Below are positions 51,303-64,000 of a stretch of DNA of 64,000 nucleotides, piece after piece. Position 1 is the first letter of the stretch, and each line of letters begins with the position of its first letter. The notes beneath the pieces are model-generated. The model was given only the letters and a program-made list of their open reading frames with translations. It was not told where the DNA came from and ran no database searches. The position numbers and the translations under genes are program-made. Source of the DNA: Octopus bimaculoides (lineage: Eukaryota); assembly GCF_001194135.2 (NCBI RefSeq), contig NC_068981.1, forward strand, positions 148,121,130 to 148,185,129, in the 5' to 3' direction.

Positions 51303-51900
51303 TCACAAAATGAGCTTCTGGATCCTCAGAACATTCTGATCCAGAGAGCAAGATGTCATCATTCCCTTCTTCTCCTCCATTGTTTGGCAACATTTAGAAT
51401 ACTGCTGCTCCTGTTGTCTACTCACACTAAACAAAACATTACAAGAATTGAGTCACCCCAGAGAGCATTCACTAAAAAAAATAATAAAGGGCATGACTGA
51501 TCTTGATTATGGGACTGCCTTAAAACATTCAATCTTTATTCTCTCCAGTGCTGCCATGAGCACTACATCGTTTGCACCATGTGGAGAACATACCACCGGC
51601 TTTGCCCAAACAACCTTAACATGACATTCAGAATTTATCCAAGGCTAGGGCCATGTGACATACACCTCCAACACAATTCAGGATCACAACACATAAATTC
51701 ACTGTAACACAATTTCTTTTCCTTGACATGCCCTGTCTATTTAACACCATCATCCCAAAACAAATAAAAGAAGAAAAAGATCCCATCACCTTCAGATGGA
51801 ACCTGAGCATGTTTCTTCAAAGGATACCAGATAAGCCACCTATACCTGGATACGTCTTAGTCGACAACAACTCTCTACTTGAATGGGCTGTGATACCACA
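51303..51900 (+). mobile_element. CR1/L2-group LINE 3' fragment
   Basis: Degenerate reading gives SFWILRTF, QHLEYCC, RIESPQRAFTKK and FLQRIPDKPPIPGY...NNSLLEW. Confidence 0.75.
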
Positions 51901-52742
51901 AATCTTCACTTAAAAATGGTTTAACAGGTCCTATCAGGTGGTGCTATTAAGTTAGATATGGCCTGGGCTAATCTTTACTGGAATATATCTAACTTATCTA
52001 AGTTATATATAATATGATGATGATGATGATGATATATAATGCAAAAACGCCCTCCAGACTGCGATAGTCAATAAAATAGAAATAAAAATAACTATTCTTT
52101 CTGTGTGATCGAGTGTGAAATGATCTGTGTCCCCAAACTGGTGCACAGCCTGGTAGTTAGGGACCCCTGCTGTAAAAAAATCACAGGAATTGTCCTTCCC
52201 GCCTAACTAAATGTAAGTTCTAAGAACAATGAGAATGATATTGTTGTTTTCTTCAATTTTTTTTTAGTAAGCACTGAATAGAGATATACTTAAAATAATG
52301 AATGAGTAAAATACCCTGCGACACATGCTGCATACAAACTTAATAGTAAGATGGATACCAGCATTTTTTAATTTTTTTTCTCAGGAGGGAAGGCAGTGTT
52401 CAGTGACCCTTTACTTGGTCTGAATTCTTATAATAGAATAGACTACACTAAAGGTATCCAGGATACTAGGATGTGGTGTTAAACTGGGTAACGGATAAAG
52501 GCTACCCTCCATGTAGGCAATGACAGAATTTATACTCAGAACACAAAAAGCTGGAACAAATACTGCAAGGAATCCCATCCAATGTTCTTAAGGTTCCACC
52601 AACTCAATGCCCTGGATTGGTACTTTTTTAAGGATCTCAAAATGATGAAAAACACAACCTTGACAGGATTTGAATACCATGAAGCACTCCATTTAACACC
52701 CCCAATGACTTTGTCAATTCATACTTGATGAAACAAGACAAG

Positions 52743-53355
52743 AAATCTTAGGATGAGGACAACTGTGAAGAAGTGCTGAACTCTAATGGTGCAGGGAACC
52801 TGTGGAACAGGTAGACCGAGGAAGACATGGGGTGAGGTGTTGAGGCATGATCTTTGAACGTTGGGCTTCACAGAGGCAATGACAAGTGACTGAGACCTTT
52901 GGCAATATGTCATGCTTGAGAAGACCCATCAAACCAAGTGAAATAGTAGTCATAGCTGATGTCAGTGTCATGTAACTGGTATGTAAAAATCACCCTTGAA
53001 CATTAGGATTAGGGTTAGGGTTAGGGTGGAACATAAAAAGCACTGCTTGAATGTTGAGCCTCACAAGGGCAGTGACAGGTACTTGAGACCTTTGGCAATA
53101 TACTGTGCTTGAGAAGACCTGTCAAGCCAAGTGAGATCATAGTTGTGGCCAATGCTGGTACTGCGTAATTGGCACTCATGCCAGTGGCATGTATAAGGAA
53201 CCCACTACACTCTTGGCATTCAGCCATAGAAACCATACCAAATCAGATTGGAACCTGTTGCAGCTCCCCAGCTTACTAGTTTTCAGGAAAACCATCCAAC
53301 CCATTCCAGCATGGAAAACAGATGTTAAATGAAGATGTAATGATGGTTGATGATG
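52743..53355 (+). mobile_element. RTE LINE 3' end with 3'-UTR and (GAT)n-type tail, partly duplicated
   Basis: Similar to 18200-18414 (GRPRKTW motif) and to the tail module at 12688-12866; TTAGGG repeats lie inside. Confidence 0.8.
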
Positions 53356-53554
53356 AAAATTATACTCTTGGAGATGAGGATAATCATTATCTGAATGATT
53401 AGTTCTGCTAAAAACAAAAGTAGAGAAAACAGCCCTGAGATTTTAATCTTCATTGTGGATTACTACAATCCCTTTGATTACTCATAAAAACCTTTCTATA
53501 TACAGTTAACCTGCTGCTAATTTTGGCCTATGTTATAGCCCTTAATCAGGAAAT

Positions 53555-53950
53555 TAATGTGGTAAGAAGCTTGCTTCCCAACCACGTGGTTCAGAGTTTG
53601 GTCTCATTGTGTGACACCTTGCACTAATGTCTTGTACTATAGCCTCGAGTCAACCAAAGCCTTAGGAGTGGATTTGAATGCATTTATATATATATGTATG
53701 TGTGTGCTTCTTTGTGTCTGTGTTGTCTCCCACCACCACTTGACAATTGGTGTTGGTGTGTTTACAGCTAAGTTAAGGTTACAGCTAAGTTAAACTTAAC
53801 TTAGCTGTTTGGAAAAAGGGACTGATAGAATAAGTATGAGGCTTTAAAAAAATAAGTACTGGGGTTGATACATTCAACTAAAAATTCTTCAAGGCAGTGC
53901 TCCAGCATGACTACAGTCTAATGACCAAAACAAGTAAAAGGTAAAAGGTA
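53555..53950 (+). mobile_element. SINE family A copy
   Basis: Same motifs, decayed. Confidence 0.75.
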
Positions 53951-55799
53951 TACAATGCTTACATGGCTATTGTCCTTGTATTTGAAGTTTAAAGGACAAG
54001 AAAGGTCTCTTCACTGGATTTGGCAAATGATTCCTCATTATAAGAACTCTTCAACCACTAACTGGAACTTGTTGTGTGACCCTGAGACATTCTATACCCT
54101 ACCTACTGGCCAGTAGATAGAATTCTTGAGGCCTCCTTAATGACACAAGGAAATTGAAGTCAAACGAAACTCATCTGATTGAGATCAGATGTGCATTATT
54201 AATGAGGACATTCAAATTGTCTTTGTGACCTGCTGTCATTTCTGCCCTCAATTTTGGCACCTCCCCTAATATGTGATCCCTTTTCTTCAAATTAATTTAT
54301 AAGAAACATATCAGTGATTTTTCTTTGTTTCTTTTTTATGATTTTGATCTAAGCTTAGAAGGCTGGCTAAGATTTTACAAGCATAAAGGTTATGTTCCAG
54401 ACCAAAATGAAGTAACAGTAAGACAGAGGGAGAGGGGAGAGAGAGAGAGAGAGGGAAAGAGAGAAAGCAAGGAGAATGATAGGGAAAGAGGGAAAGGGAG
54501 AGAGAGAGAAGGAAGAAAGAGAGCAAAAGACACTTGTATTACAGCAGAAGTAACCTTACTTGATATGTAGAAAGGGATTTGATAAGCACTTACCACTGTG
54601 TACTCAGTGCAAATAATAGAAGCACAAAAGATTCTGGATTTTAGGCAAACTGACAGAGAATCAGAACTTTAAAATGTGCAGGAATAATGACTTGTTGGGC
54701 TACTCATGAAAAAGTTATAAACTGTTTGAATGAGTCACTAGAAAAAGATGATAGTTTCTTGTTTTCTTATGTAACCTAAATAATCCCGGAGCACTTTTAA
54801 TGAAAAAATATGAGCCACAATAGGAAGGTGGCGGTGGTGGTAGTGTTGTTAACAAAGGCTTCTTTTTTGTATGTATATATATAATGGGGATTACATACTA
54901 GAGGTACATGGTAACTGAATACAGAAGTGCATAGGCATGTAATGTAAGCTGGCTTGAAATGTGGAGCTGATTTGAAATATATCAATGGTGTTGATGGCAA
55001 TAGTAGTAGTAGTAGTAGTGGTGGTGGTGGTGGTGCTTATGATGAGCATTGATATCCCATTTACAAATAAATAACTCTTGAGAAATTTTCAAATCGACTA
55101 TGAGTTCATGTTTGTGGTATAGCCCCAGGTCAACCACACTTGAGCAGGCCTATGACTGAAGGCGTTCTAGCCATGACTTTTCCATCTTTTGGGGAGTATT
55201 TCAAGTATATTATCCACCATGTTCCTTATTTTGTTTAAGATGGCAGGGTATGTTTTGAGGGCTTATTTAGCTGCTATTTCTCCCAGATGGAGCAACCTTG
55301 TAGACACTCTCATTTTCTCAACTCAAACATAGGAAGATGTAGGCTTGTTAATTAAAGATAACAAAATATTGTAGTCTGACCATACTAGGGCAATATCTGG
55401 TGTTCGTTTGCAAGCAAAGAACAACTATGGACATGTTTCAGTCTATTTAATACCATCAGTATAGTATAGTCTTGCCATATCTGTTGATCAGAAGATCTAG
55501 GTTTTCTTGTTTTTAAATATAAGAAAGGAGTTGCATATATTTTGGAATAATTTGCATTATTAAAAATAAAATGAATGAAGGGATGACCATTGTTTCTCTG
55601 AAATTATTTACTTTATGCCATTCCCATCTAAAGTTATTTTCTGTAGCAACATAAACTCTTTTCATTTTCTATCTAACCTACCAGATTCACTTTGAAAAAT
55701 TTTATCCGACCTTCTTTCCAAAGAAGCAAAGAAGCATGTGAAACTTTCAGTTTGCTCGCATTTTCCTTTTAATCATGGATTTGTGTAGATATTTAACAG

Positions 55800-56218
55800 G
55801 GTATGGCAACTGACTTGGCAGACACCCATAAAATTATTAACCATCTTACTAACAATAACTCTGAGCACCTTTTCAAACTCCACCTGTCTAACACCCGTGG
55901 ACATGTTTACAAAGTCAGAAAACAGCACAGCTCCCATGACTTTTGGAAACATTTATTCACACTAAGTGTTGCTGAAGTATGGAACAAACTGCCGGCATCA
56001 GTTGTTAGTTGTCAGAGCACTGCATCCTTCAAAACTTCCATGCTTCCTGAGATTCGCTGACACTACACCTGATTTTCTCCCCTCCATACACATGCAAGCA
56101 TGTATCTGACTCATACACTGTTCACTTTCCAGACACTTGTACAATACTGCATATGCTTTATACGCACTTTTGACAAGTTGTAGTGCACCTGAGCACTGTA
56201 TACAATAATTTCATTATA
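55800..56218 (+). mobile_element. CR1 LINE 3' end with UTR
   Basis: THKIINHLT...SNTRGHVYKVRKQHS...FTLSVAEVWNKLPASVVSC is a CR1 C-terminal signature. Confidence 0.85.
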
Positions 56219-56304
56219 TCATATTAATATGACATCCCTAAACTTATACAAATTATACTGGCCCCCTGAATAAATGACAAGAAACCAGGAGATACGGTGA
56301 TTTG

Positions 56305-56427
56305 GAGGCTTAGTACTTATTCTATCGGTCTCTTTTGCTGAACCGCTAAGTTACGGGGACGTAAACACACTAATATCGGTTGTCAAGCGATGTTGGGGGA
56401 CAAACACAGACACACAAACACATACAT

Positions 56428-56472
<45 letters not shown>

Positions 56473-56630
56473 TACGACGGGCTTCTTCCAGTTTCCGTCT
56501 ACCAAATCCACTCACAAGGCTTTGGTCGGCCCGAGGCTATAGTAGAAGACACTTGCCCAAGGTGCCAAGCAGTGGGACTGAACCCGGAACCATGTGGTTT
56601 GTAAGCAAGCTACTTACCCCACAGCCACTC
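56305..56630 (-). mobile_element. SINE family A copy
   Basis: Same motifs, CpG-rich (young). Confidence 0.8.
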
Positions 56631-57961
56631 AACACTTTTTTTATATTTCAAAATTTTTGCCGAATCATCAAGCAGGCTTTCTTAAATTATATCATGCTGA
56701 TGAAGTCTAACAGACTGGAACATATCCATAGTTGTCCCATGCTTGCTACCAAAATCAGACTCTTCTAAGTGTGCAGAATTAGTAAATTCTTATTTTCTTT
56801 CCTCAACTGAATGAAAATTTTATTATGAATTTTTATAAGAGTAGTATTCAGTACAACACCTCTTACTGAGTTAAACCTAGACAAGTAGAGCATAAAAAGG
56901 ATACAATTATGTCTTTCCCTCCTTCAACTAACAAAGTAAAATTTGTGACCTAGAAAATATATTGACTATGACAAACTTTTAGTGATGTGGATCATTTAAA
57001 AATTTCACCTTTTGCTTTTTAATTTATAATAATATTAAATCTTATGCATACATACATGCATATGTACGTATATACGGACAGGCAGACACAGATATACATA
57101 CATGCATGCACACGCACACACACACACATGCATACACACACACATACATACATACATGCATATGTATGTACATACAGACAGGCAGACACACACACATACA
57201 GATATACATACATGCATGCACACACACACATACACACACACACAAAAATACAGACATACATACAAGTATATATGTGTATGTATGTATACATGTATGTATG
57301 TGCATGTGTATGTATTTGACTGCATGTATGTGTGTGTGTATGTGTATTATATTGTTTATAAATCTATAGTAGCCCTACCTATTTTATAATAATATACAAT
57401 AATTAATCACATTTTTTCATTGTTTAATCTACATCATATTCCAACTATCTCTCAAACAAGCCAACAATGGAGCCTCGAAGCATTATTTAACCTACTTGAT
57501 ATAACAGCTAAATCTATCTCAAACCACAACCTAATATTTGAGGCCGAAGGAATGACAGATAAATTGACCTCAGCAGAATTTGAATTTAGAATGTAATGAT
57601 GTACAAAATGCCGCTAAGCATTTTGCCCCATCTGCTAATGATTCTGCCAGCTCGTCGCCTTAATTTCTACATATTAATAAATATTTATTGAGGACATTCA
57701 TAAGATTTTTATAACTTCACGCTTGGTGAATGATTTTTCATTTTCCTAAAGAAAAGTCTTATACTTTTATTAATGATTGAGTTGGAAGGGAAAATAAGAT
57801 AGTATATATTTTATACATATGTACTCAAAATATATGTTTATATGTACATGCATATACTTGTACATAGGTCCTCATATATATTTGTACACATATATACGTG
57901 TTCTCATATGTATTTGTACATATATTCCTATGTATATATACATCATCAGCATCATCATTAA

Positions 57962-58181
57962 CCCTTTTGTTACCATATTTCTGTTGAGAAGCTCAGTGTT
58001 TCTTTCAATTCATTTCAGATATAACAAAGAATGTAGTAAAATATCTTAATTATCATTAAGCTAGTGTTAGGAACAAGCTGTGACTAAGGTTTGGTAGAAG
58101 ACTTTAAATCAGAACTTTTGAAAACAAGACATTTGTACTACAGAGCCAGAGGTGGTTTCAGCCAGGTTGGTATCAAAAGGG
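57962..58181. mobile_element. piggyBac-like MITE, 220 bp
   Basis: TTAA at 57958-61 and 58182-85; TIR CCCTTTTG(T/A)TACCA matches 13/14. Confidence 0.85.
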
Positions 58182-59733
58182 TTAATGTCTGTTTTTCAAT
58201 GCTAGCATGAGTTGGACAGTTTGATAGGAGCTGACAAGTCAGAAGACTGCGCCAGTCTTTAGTGGCTGCTTTGGCATGGTTTCTACACACACAAGCACGT
58301 GCATGCACAGATGCATGTGTGTGTGTGTGTGTGTGTGTGCACGTGCACACATGTACTCTTACTCATGTTATTTTTTAGTGATGAGTAACAGAATATTGTT
58401 GTTTAGCCTCAAGTCAGCTATAAGTAGGCATATTGTCAGAAATCTTCCATGCATATATATTTTGTATTTTTGTATATCTAGGATTACATAGTCGAGCAGT
58501 TCTTTTTTGAAAGAATGGGTGAGTGTGATTCCAGGAAGATTTGGCTGCTCTTTCTAGCAAGTTGAGCAGCCATGTGGAGTCTTCCCTATATCAAAATGTA
58601 GTATGAAAAGCTCACTAAAGAATATAAATTTCAATGATTTATTTGACCAATCTATTATTTCCTCTATTTGGTACATGTTTACAATATATATGTCATAACT
58701 ATTTTATTTTTTTCAACTATTCTGTCATTTTACAGAAAGCAGTGAATTCATTCTAATGGTGTGACTAAAAAAGAGAAGAAAAATATTTTAGTGACTGTCA
58801 CTTAATGACAAAATTTTCTCACAGTGGCAACATTTTTAATTTTTATCTTTTATTTGTTTCAGTCATTGGACTGCAGCCACACTGGGGGTACTGCCTCGAA
58901 AGGTTTAGCTGAAAGATCAATCCCAGTGCTTATTTTAAAATTTAGCACTTATTCTATTGGTTTCTTTTGCCAAACCACTAAGTTAGGCAATGTAAACAGA
59001 CCAACACCGGTTGTCAAGTGGTGATGGTGAACAAACACAGCACAAACAAAAACTCTGTCTCCCAGTTATAATTGGCAGCAGAGTCAATGTGTGTTACTCA
59101 TAGCAACAGTAACAACAAGTATCCCTTAATAGCAGTACGACCCCATTTAATGTTTAGGTTGGGGATCAGATGGAAGCTGAAAAGATAGGAAAAAAACTAA
59201 AGCAAAGAAACAAAGCACTAAAAAGGTACATGGAATTCACTTCCCGTGAAGAAGAGATCTCTGCTGAGGAAGAATGCTTTGCCTTTGAAAGGGAGTACAT
59301 CTCCTGTGAAGAGGGACAAACCTTCCCCTAAATGAAATGAAATTCACAGTCCTTTTGCTAGACTAACAAAGATCTGGTATTTTTATCTTTTATTTGTTTC
59401 AATCATTGGACAGCAGCCACTGTTTTGAAAGATTTTTAGCTGAATGAATCAAATGCAATATTTAGTTTTTTAAAGTCTGGTGCTCATTCTATCAGTCTCC
59501 TAGGCAGAACTGCGAGGTTATGGGAACATAAACAAACCAACACAGGTTGTCAAGTGGTAGCAGGTGACAAACAAACAATGACACACACATATATATATAG
59601 ACTGTAAATTATGGAGAAGAGCATCACACATAGGTCCTTTTTAATAACTATAATTATATATTATTTAATAACATATGCTCCATTTAAAGTGACTAAATTT
59701 AGTTGACCGCAATATATATATATATACTTTCGG

Positions 59734-59943
59734 ATATAATAGTGTACAAACAATTTAAGCATTTATACACAAAAGAAGTGACCTTTGACAGGACACCTTA
59801 CATGCTAGAAAAGGTAGTCAAAGCACAAATTATGAATAAAAACAATTTCAGGCTTTGACTGCCCTTTCTAGCATGTATAGTGTCCTGTCAAAAGGTCACC
59901 TCTTTCGTGTATAAATACTTAAATTGTTTGTACACTATTATAT
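59734..59943. repeat. Foldback/long palindrome (arms 91-92 bp, loop 27 bp)
   Basis: 59734-59824 is the reverse complement of 59852-59943 with about 8 differences. Confidence 0.9.
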
Positions 59944-60261
59944 ATGTAAATATGTTGTCTATTGATTCTATTACGCATGCTAGCCACTGGTATGCAAATT
60001 TTTCTAAAGTTTCTACCCTTATTATACCCCCGCCCATATATATATATATTCCCTCCTCTCTGTTAGGAGGCACAAGCAATTACACACATGTACACACATA
60101 ACAGAAACTTCCGCCTACCAAATTCAGTCACAAGGCTTCTTCGTCATCATTTAATGTCTGTTTTCCATGCTGGCACAAGTTGGACTATATATAGGAGGTG
60201 CTACTTTTTCAGATATATGATACATTGACAATATATATAGATATATATATATATATATATT

Positions 60262-60589
60262 TACTTGGAGAATGGAGCAACAAATACAAGAAAAAGCATT
60301 TTCGTTGGACTAGATAGCCTTTGTTTTATTATGTGGAGCTTGTGAAATGAGTCAGTGTGGAGGTTTAGGTTATGTAATGAGTCATTTTGTATATTATGTC
60401 ATAGTCACTTACGTACGTTTCGATCCAGCCAGTGGTTTGGCCGATCTCTTCAGAGTGTTGAAGGGTATATTCGAAGTTTGTGGTGTGCGAAATGTAGGAG
60501 AAGTAATTATTGGGTGTAATATATGTGGTGGTGTGATAGTGGTGATAGGTAAATAGAGCCTTACGTTTTAGTTGTTGCGTTGGTCTTCT
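60262..60589 (-). mobile_element. Probable Penelope-like element terminal repeat region carrying the hammerhead, running into an N-gap
   Basis: CpG-retaining segment around the intact hammerhead, bounded by (TA)n and the gap at 60590-61021. The PLE assignment is inferred from the ribozyme type only; no RT or GIY-YIG is visible. Confidence 0.45.
60406..60457 (-). ncRNA. Type I hammerhead ribozyme, intact core, Penelope-like minimal type
   Basis: Minus strand reads CACU CUGAAGA GAUCGGCC AAACCACU GGCUGGAUC GAAAC GUAC GUA AGUG. All core nucleotides are present, stems I-III pair, stem III is palindromic (ACGUACGU), and the triplet is GUA. Confidence 0.9.
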
Positions 60590-61021
60590 NNNNNNNNNNN
60601 NNNNNNNNNNNNNNNNNNNNNNNNNNNNNNNNNNNNNNNNNNNNNNNNNNNNNNNNNNNNNNNNNNNNNNNNNNNNNNNNNNNNNNNNNNNNNNNNNNNN
60701 NNNNNNNNNNNNNNNNNNNNNNNNNNNNNNNNNNNNNNNNNNNNNNNNNNNNNNNNNNNNNNNNNNNNNNNNNNNNNNNNNNNNNNNNNNNNNNNNNNNN
60801 NNNNNNNNNNNNNNNNNNNNNNNNNNNNNNNNNNNNNNNNNNNNNNNNNNNNNNNNNNNNNNNNNNNNNNNNNNNNNNNNNNNNNNNNNNNNNNNNNNNN
60901 NNNNNNNNNNNNNNNNNNNNNNNNNNNNNNNNNNNNNNNNNNNNNNNNNNNNNNNNNNNNNNNNNNNNNNNNNNNNNNNNNNNNNNNNNNNNNNNNNNNN
61001 NNNNNNNNNNNNNNNNNNNNN

Positions 61022-61063
<42 letters not shown>

Positions 61064-61614
61064 TCCAACCCATGCCAGCATGGAAAACAGACATTAAATG
61101 ATGATGGTGGTGGTGGTGGTGGTGGTGGTGATGATAATGGGCTTCTTTCAGTTTTTGTGAACCAAATCCACTGTCATGGTTTTGGCTTGTCTGGGGCTAT
61201 TGTGGAAGACTCTTGCCCAAGTTACCACACAGTGGGACTCAACTACACTGAACCATATGGTTGGGAAGCAAACTTCTTACCACACAACAAGGCCTGATAT
61301 TTTTGAATGAAATATACTTACAATTTCTAAAACAAGTATGATGATCAAGAAAGGAGTGGGACCACATTACAAAAAGTATTTAAAAAAAGACAATATTAGC
61401 ACAAATTTCCAACGGATATTACCAAGTGCTATAAGTCAATGATCCAATCCACAGGATGTAAGCTCTAACTCACTCACTGAAACTCAAGAGCTTCTCTTGA
61501 AATATCCTGAAATCATAAGGTATGAACCATTCAGAGAGAGAGAGAGAGAGAGGAAGTGGAAAAGTTATTTTTTCCTAAAAAGCAAGACAATATTTAAATT
61601 ATATACATACATAG

Positions 61615-61775
61615 GTGCAGGAGTAGCTGTGTGGTAAATAGCTTGCTTACCAACCACATGCTTCTGGGTTCAGTCCCACTGTGTGGCACCTTGGGCAAGT
61701 GCTTCAACTATAGCCTCGGGCCAAGCAAAGCCTTGTGAGTGGATTTGGTAGATGGAAACTGAAAGAAGCCTGTCG

Positions 61776-61806
<31 letters not shown>

Positions 61807-62012
61807 GTTTGTGTGTCTGTGTTTGTCCCCCAACCATCGCTTGACAACCGATGCTGGTGTGTTTACGTCCCCATAACCTAGCGGTTCGGCAAAAGGGACT
61901 AAATCGAATAAGTACTAAGCTTACAAAGGATAAGTTCTAAGGTCAATTTGTTCAACTAAAGGCGGTGCTCCAGCAAGGCCACTGTCAAATGACTGAAAAC
62001 AAATAAAAGAAT
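61615..62012 (+). mobile_element. SINE family A full copy, followed by an inverted partial copy at 62022-62215
   Basis: Same motifs. Other partial copies lie near 5625, 7881, 11605, 19248, 19432, 20105, 22370, 44455, 45001, 58843, 59380, 60050 and 61138. Confidence 0.8.
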
Positions 62013-62838
62013 ACATGCATTTTTTTATTTCTTTTACATGTTTCAGTCATTTGATTGTGGCCATGCCGGAGCACTGCTTTAAAGGGATCTTATTGGGTAT
62101 TTTTTTTTGCTGAACTGCTAAGTTACAGGGACATAAACACACTAACATTGGTTTTCAAGTGATGGTGGCAGGACAAACACAAAGACACGCACACACATAA
62201 ATACACACACACACATATTAGTAAGAGGAAGGATATAATAGCCAGGGAGATACAGAATTTCTCTATTATGAAAAAACTATCTGGAAATAAACAAAGTTTG
62301 AATTTCAAATTCCTTCATTTTCCTTATTATCAATATATATATATATATATATATTAGGGAATAAAAAATTTATTCCAACCTTACAGGCAAAAATCGGTAT
62401 AATATTATACGTGCTTTAGTAAATACATTTGGGAGCTTAAATCAAAAAGAATAGAATACGAGTTAAAATGGGAAATAGTTTGCAAGGCTAAATCATATAG
62501 GATAGGGAATAAATTCTGCTTATTATGTACTAACGAACTTAAAGAGATATTATTAACTAATAAAAAATTAATTAACTCCCACGATGAACGTAATATTAAA
62601 TGCAGACATAAATTAAATTACTTATATAATAAGTTTAGATAACTAATTTATTTATTTAAACCTAGTTTTAGGTACCAACTTTTAGTTATGATCAGTATCG
62701 TAAAATACATCAAATTAGCTTTAGAAGACACTTTAATTATCACAATATTACACAAAATTGGAACATATAACCACCTTTACTTTAAGTATTCAACGATAAT
62801 ATGAGCAGTCTTTTACAATGTTCCATAACATTATTTAA

Positions 62839-63270
62839 GTAATATATAACTTTCGTATTTGGTATAGTTATTATTCTGCGGAAATCTGAGAGTTTTAAGT
62901 ATTTTAGTATTATTAATCTTCATTAAACTTTTTATTTTAGGTAGATTTTCTTTTTCGATATTTTCGTTATTATTTTAGTAATTATAACACGTAATTACCT
63001 CTGGTAATGGACGCCATGTTTATCACGTGACTTTTCAGTATTAATTTTCATAGCATTATTTACGTAATATAGAATTTTCGTATGGGTATAGTTATTACTC
63101 TGCGTTAATTTGCAAGTTTAAGTATTTTAGTATTTTTAATCCTCAAAAAACGTTTTATTTTAGGTAGATTTTCTTTTTCGATATTTTGGTTATTATTTTA
63201 GTAATTATAATACGCATGTACTTCAGGGTAATAGACGCCATATTTATCACATGACCTTTTAGTATAAATT
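62839..63270. repeat. Direct tandem duplication, period about 224-225 bp
   Basis: CGCCAT occurs at 63012 and 63236; the shared tttattttaggtagattttctttttcgatatttt block occurs twice. Confidence 0.85.
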
Positions 63271-63967
63271 CTATAGTACAGTCATTTTGTTTTATTCTAG
63301 TTACCAGCTGGCAGATAAGTCATATTTTCTTATTTTAATTTTATAAACAATATTGACATCCATCTTTTAGTAACTTTGTACACTAACACATTTTTTTACT
63401 ATTATCTACTTATTCCATAATATTTTAACCTTGTTTACTATAATATTTTTAGATTGTAACTCTTAACAATTATATTAATACCGTTAATGTAGGGATTAGT
63501 TTACAGATTTTTTCTCTTTATATATATTTTTATTTCTCATGTTTATGTTTATTCCTTGGGTGATTTTAGGGATTTTAGGTATTTTCTAAAGAGTGACTGA
63601 TTTTGGGAGTAAAATCATTTCCCCGTTCTAATGAACTCTGATAGAATTTGCTTATGATTTTATATAGTCCTATTTCAGCCATGAAACGCGCATATTCTAT
63701 GTACTAGCACTAACTTTTTACATTTATACTTCCATATTGTATATTATCGTATTAATTTTTACTGTCAAATTTATAAATTTGACTTTTAAATTTTTAAATT
63801 AATATTTCTGTGATTTATTTATATGATTTATTTATGTAATATGTTATTTATTTTAAATTCTTAGATTAGAATATTAGATATATTAAGATGGTATATGCCT
63901 CACAGCATGGATTTGGACGGGTTCTGAGTTGTAGAGTGGTGGTTCGTCTCTAAATTAATTTTATATG

Positions 63968-64000
<33 letters not shown>

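Noticed and set aside
63629-63700. CUAAUGA...GAAAC GCGC AUA hammerhead-like pattern
   Set aside because: Two core changes and no stem I pairing.

Overview
This is AT-rich, repeat- and microsatellite-dense animal genomic DNA with eight N-gaps. The SINE/RTE repeat spectrum suggests an octopus (inference, not database-verified). Two spliced genes point tail-to-tail. On +, par-6 (PB1-semiCRIB-PDZ) has coding exons 16245-16470 and 25377-26017; its first coding exon was not found in the window. On -, a 225-aa NUDT16-like Nudix hydrolase has exons 49308-49096, 45749-45483 and 40548-40351. The rest is mostly tRNA-derived SINEs, RTE/CR1/RLE LINE fragments, a dead DD34D mariner with related MITEs, and piggyBac-like and hAT MITEs. 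The most notable find is a set of type I hammerhead ribozyme motifs with short, mostly palindromic stem III, as known from Penelope-like elements. One is intact (60406-60457, -). One is near-intact with a 69-nt loop II (35023-35138, -). A related 137-bp inverted-repeat element carries ribozyme halves (13026-13389), and there is a decayed copy near 56700. Other leads are an in-phase alternative last exon for par-6, a signal-peptide-like antisense ORF in a par-6 intron, a structured RTE 5'-UTR module, and an X-box/CpG patch in NUDT16 intron 1. All coordinates were counted by hand, and repeat boundaries are approximate.
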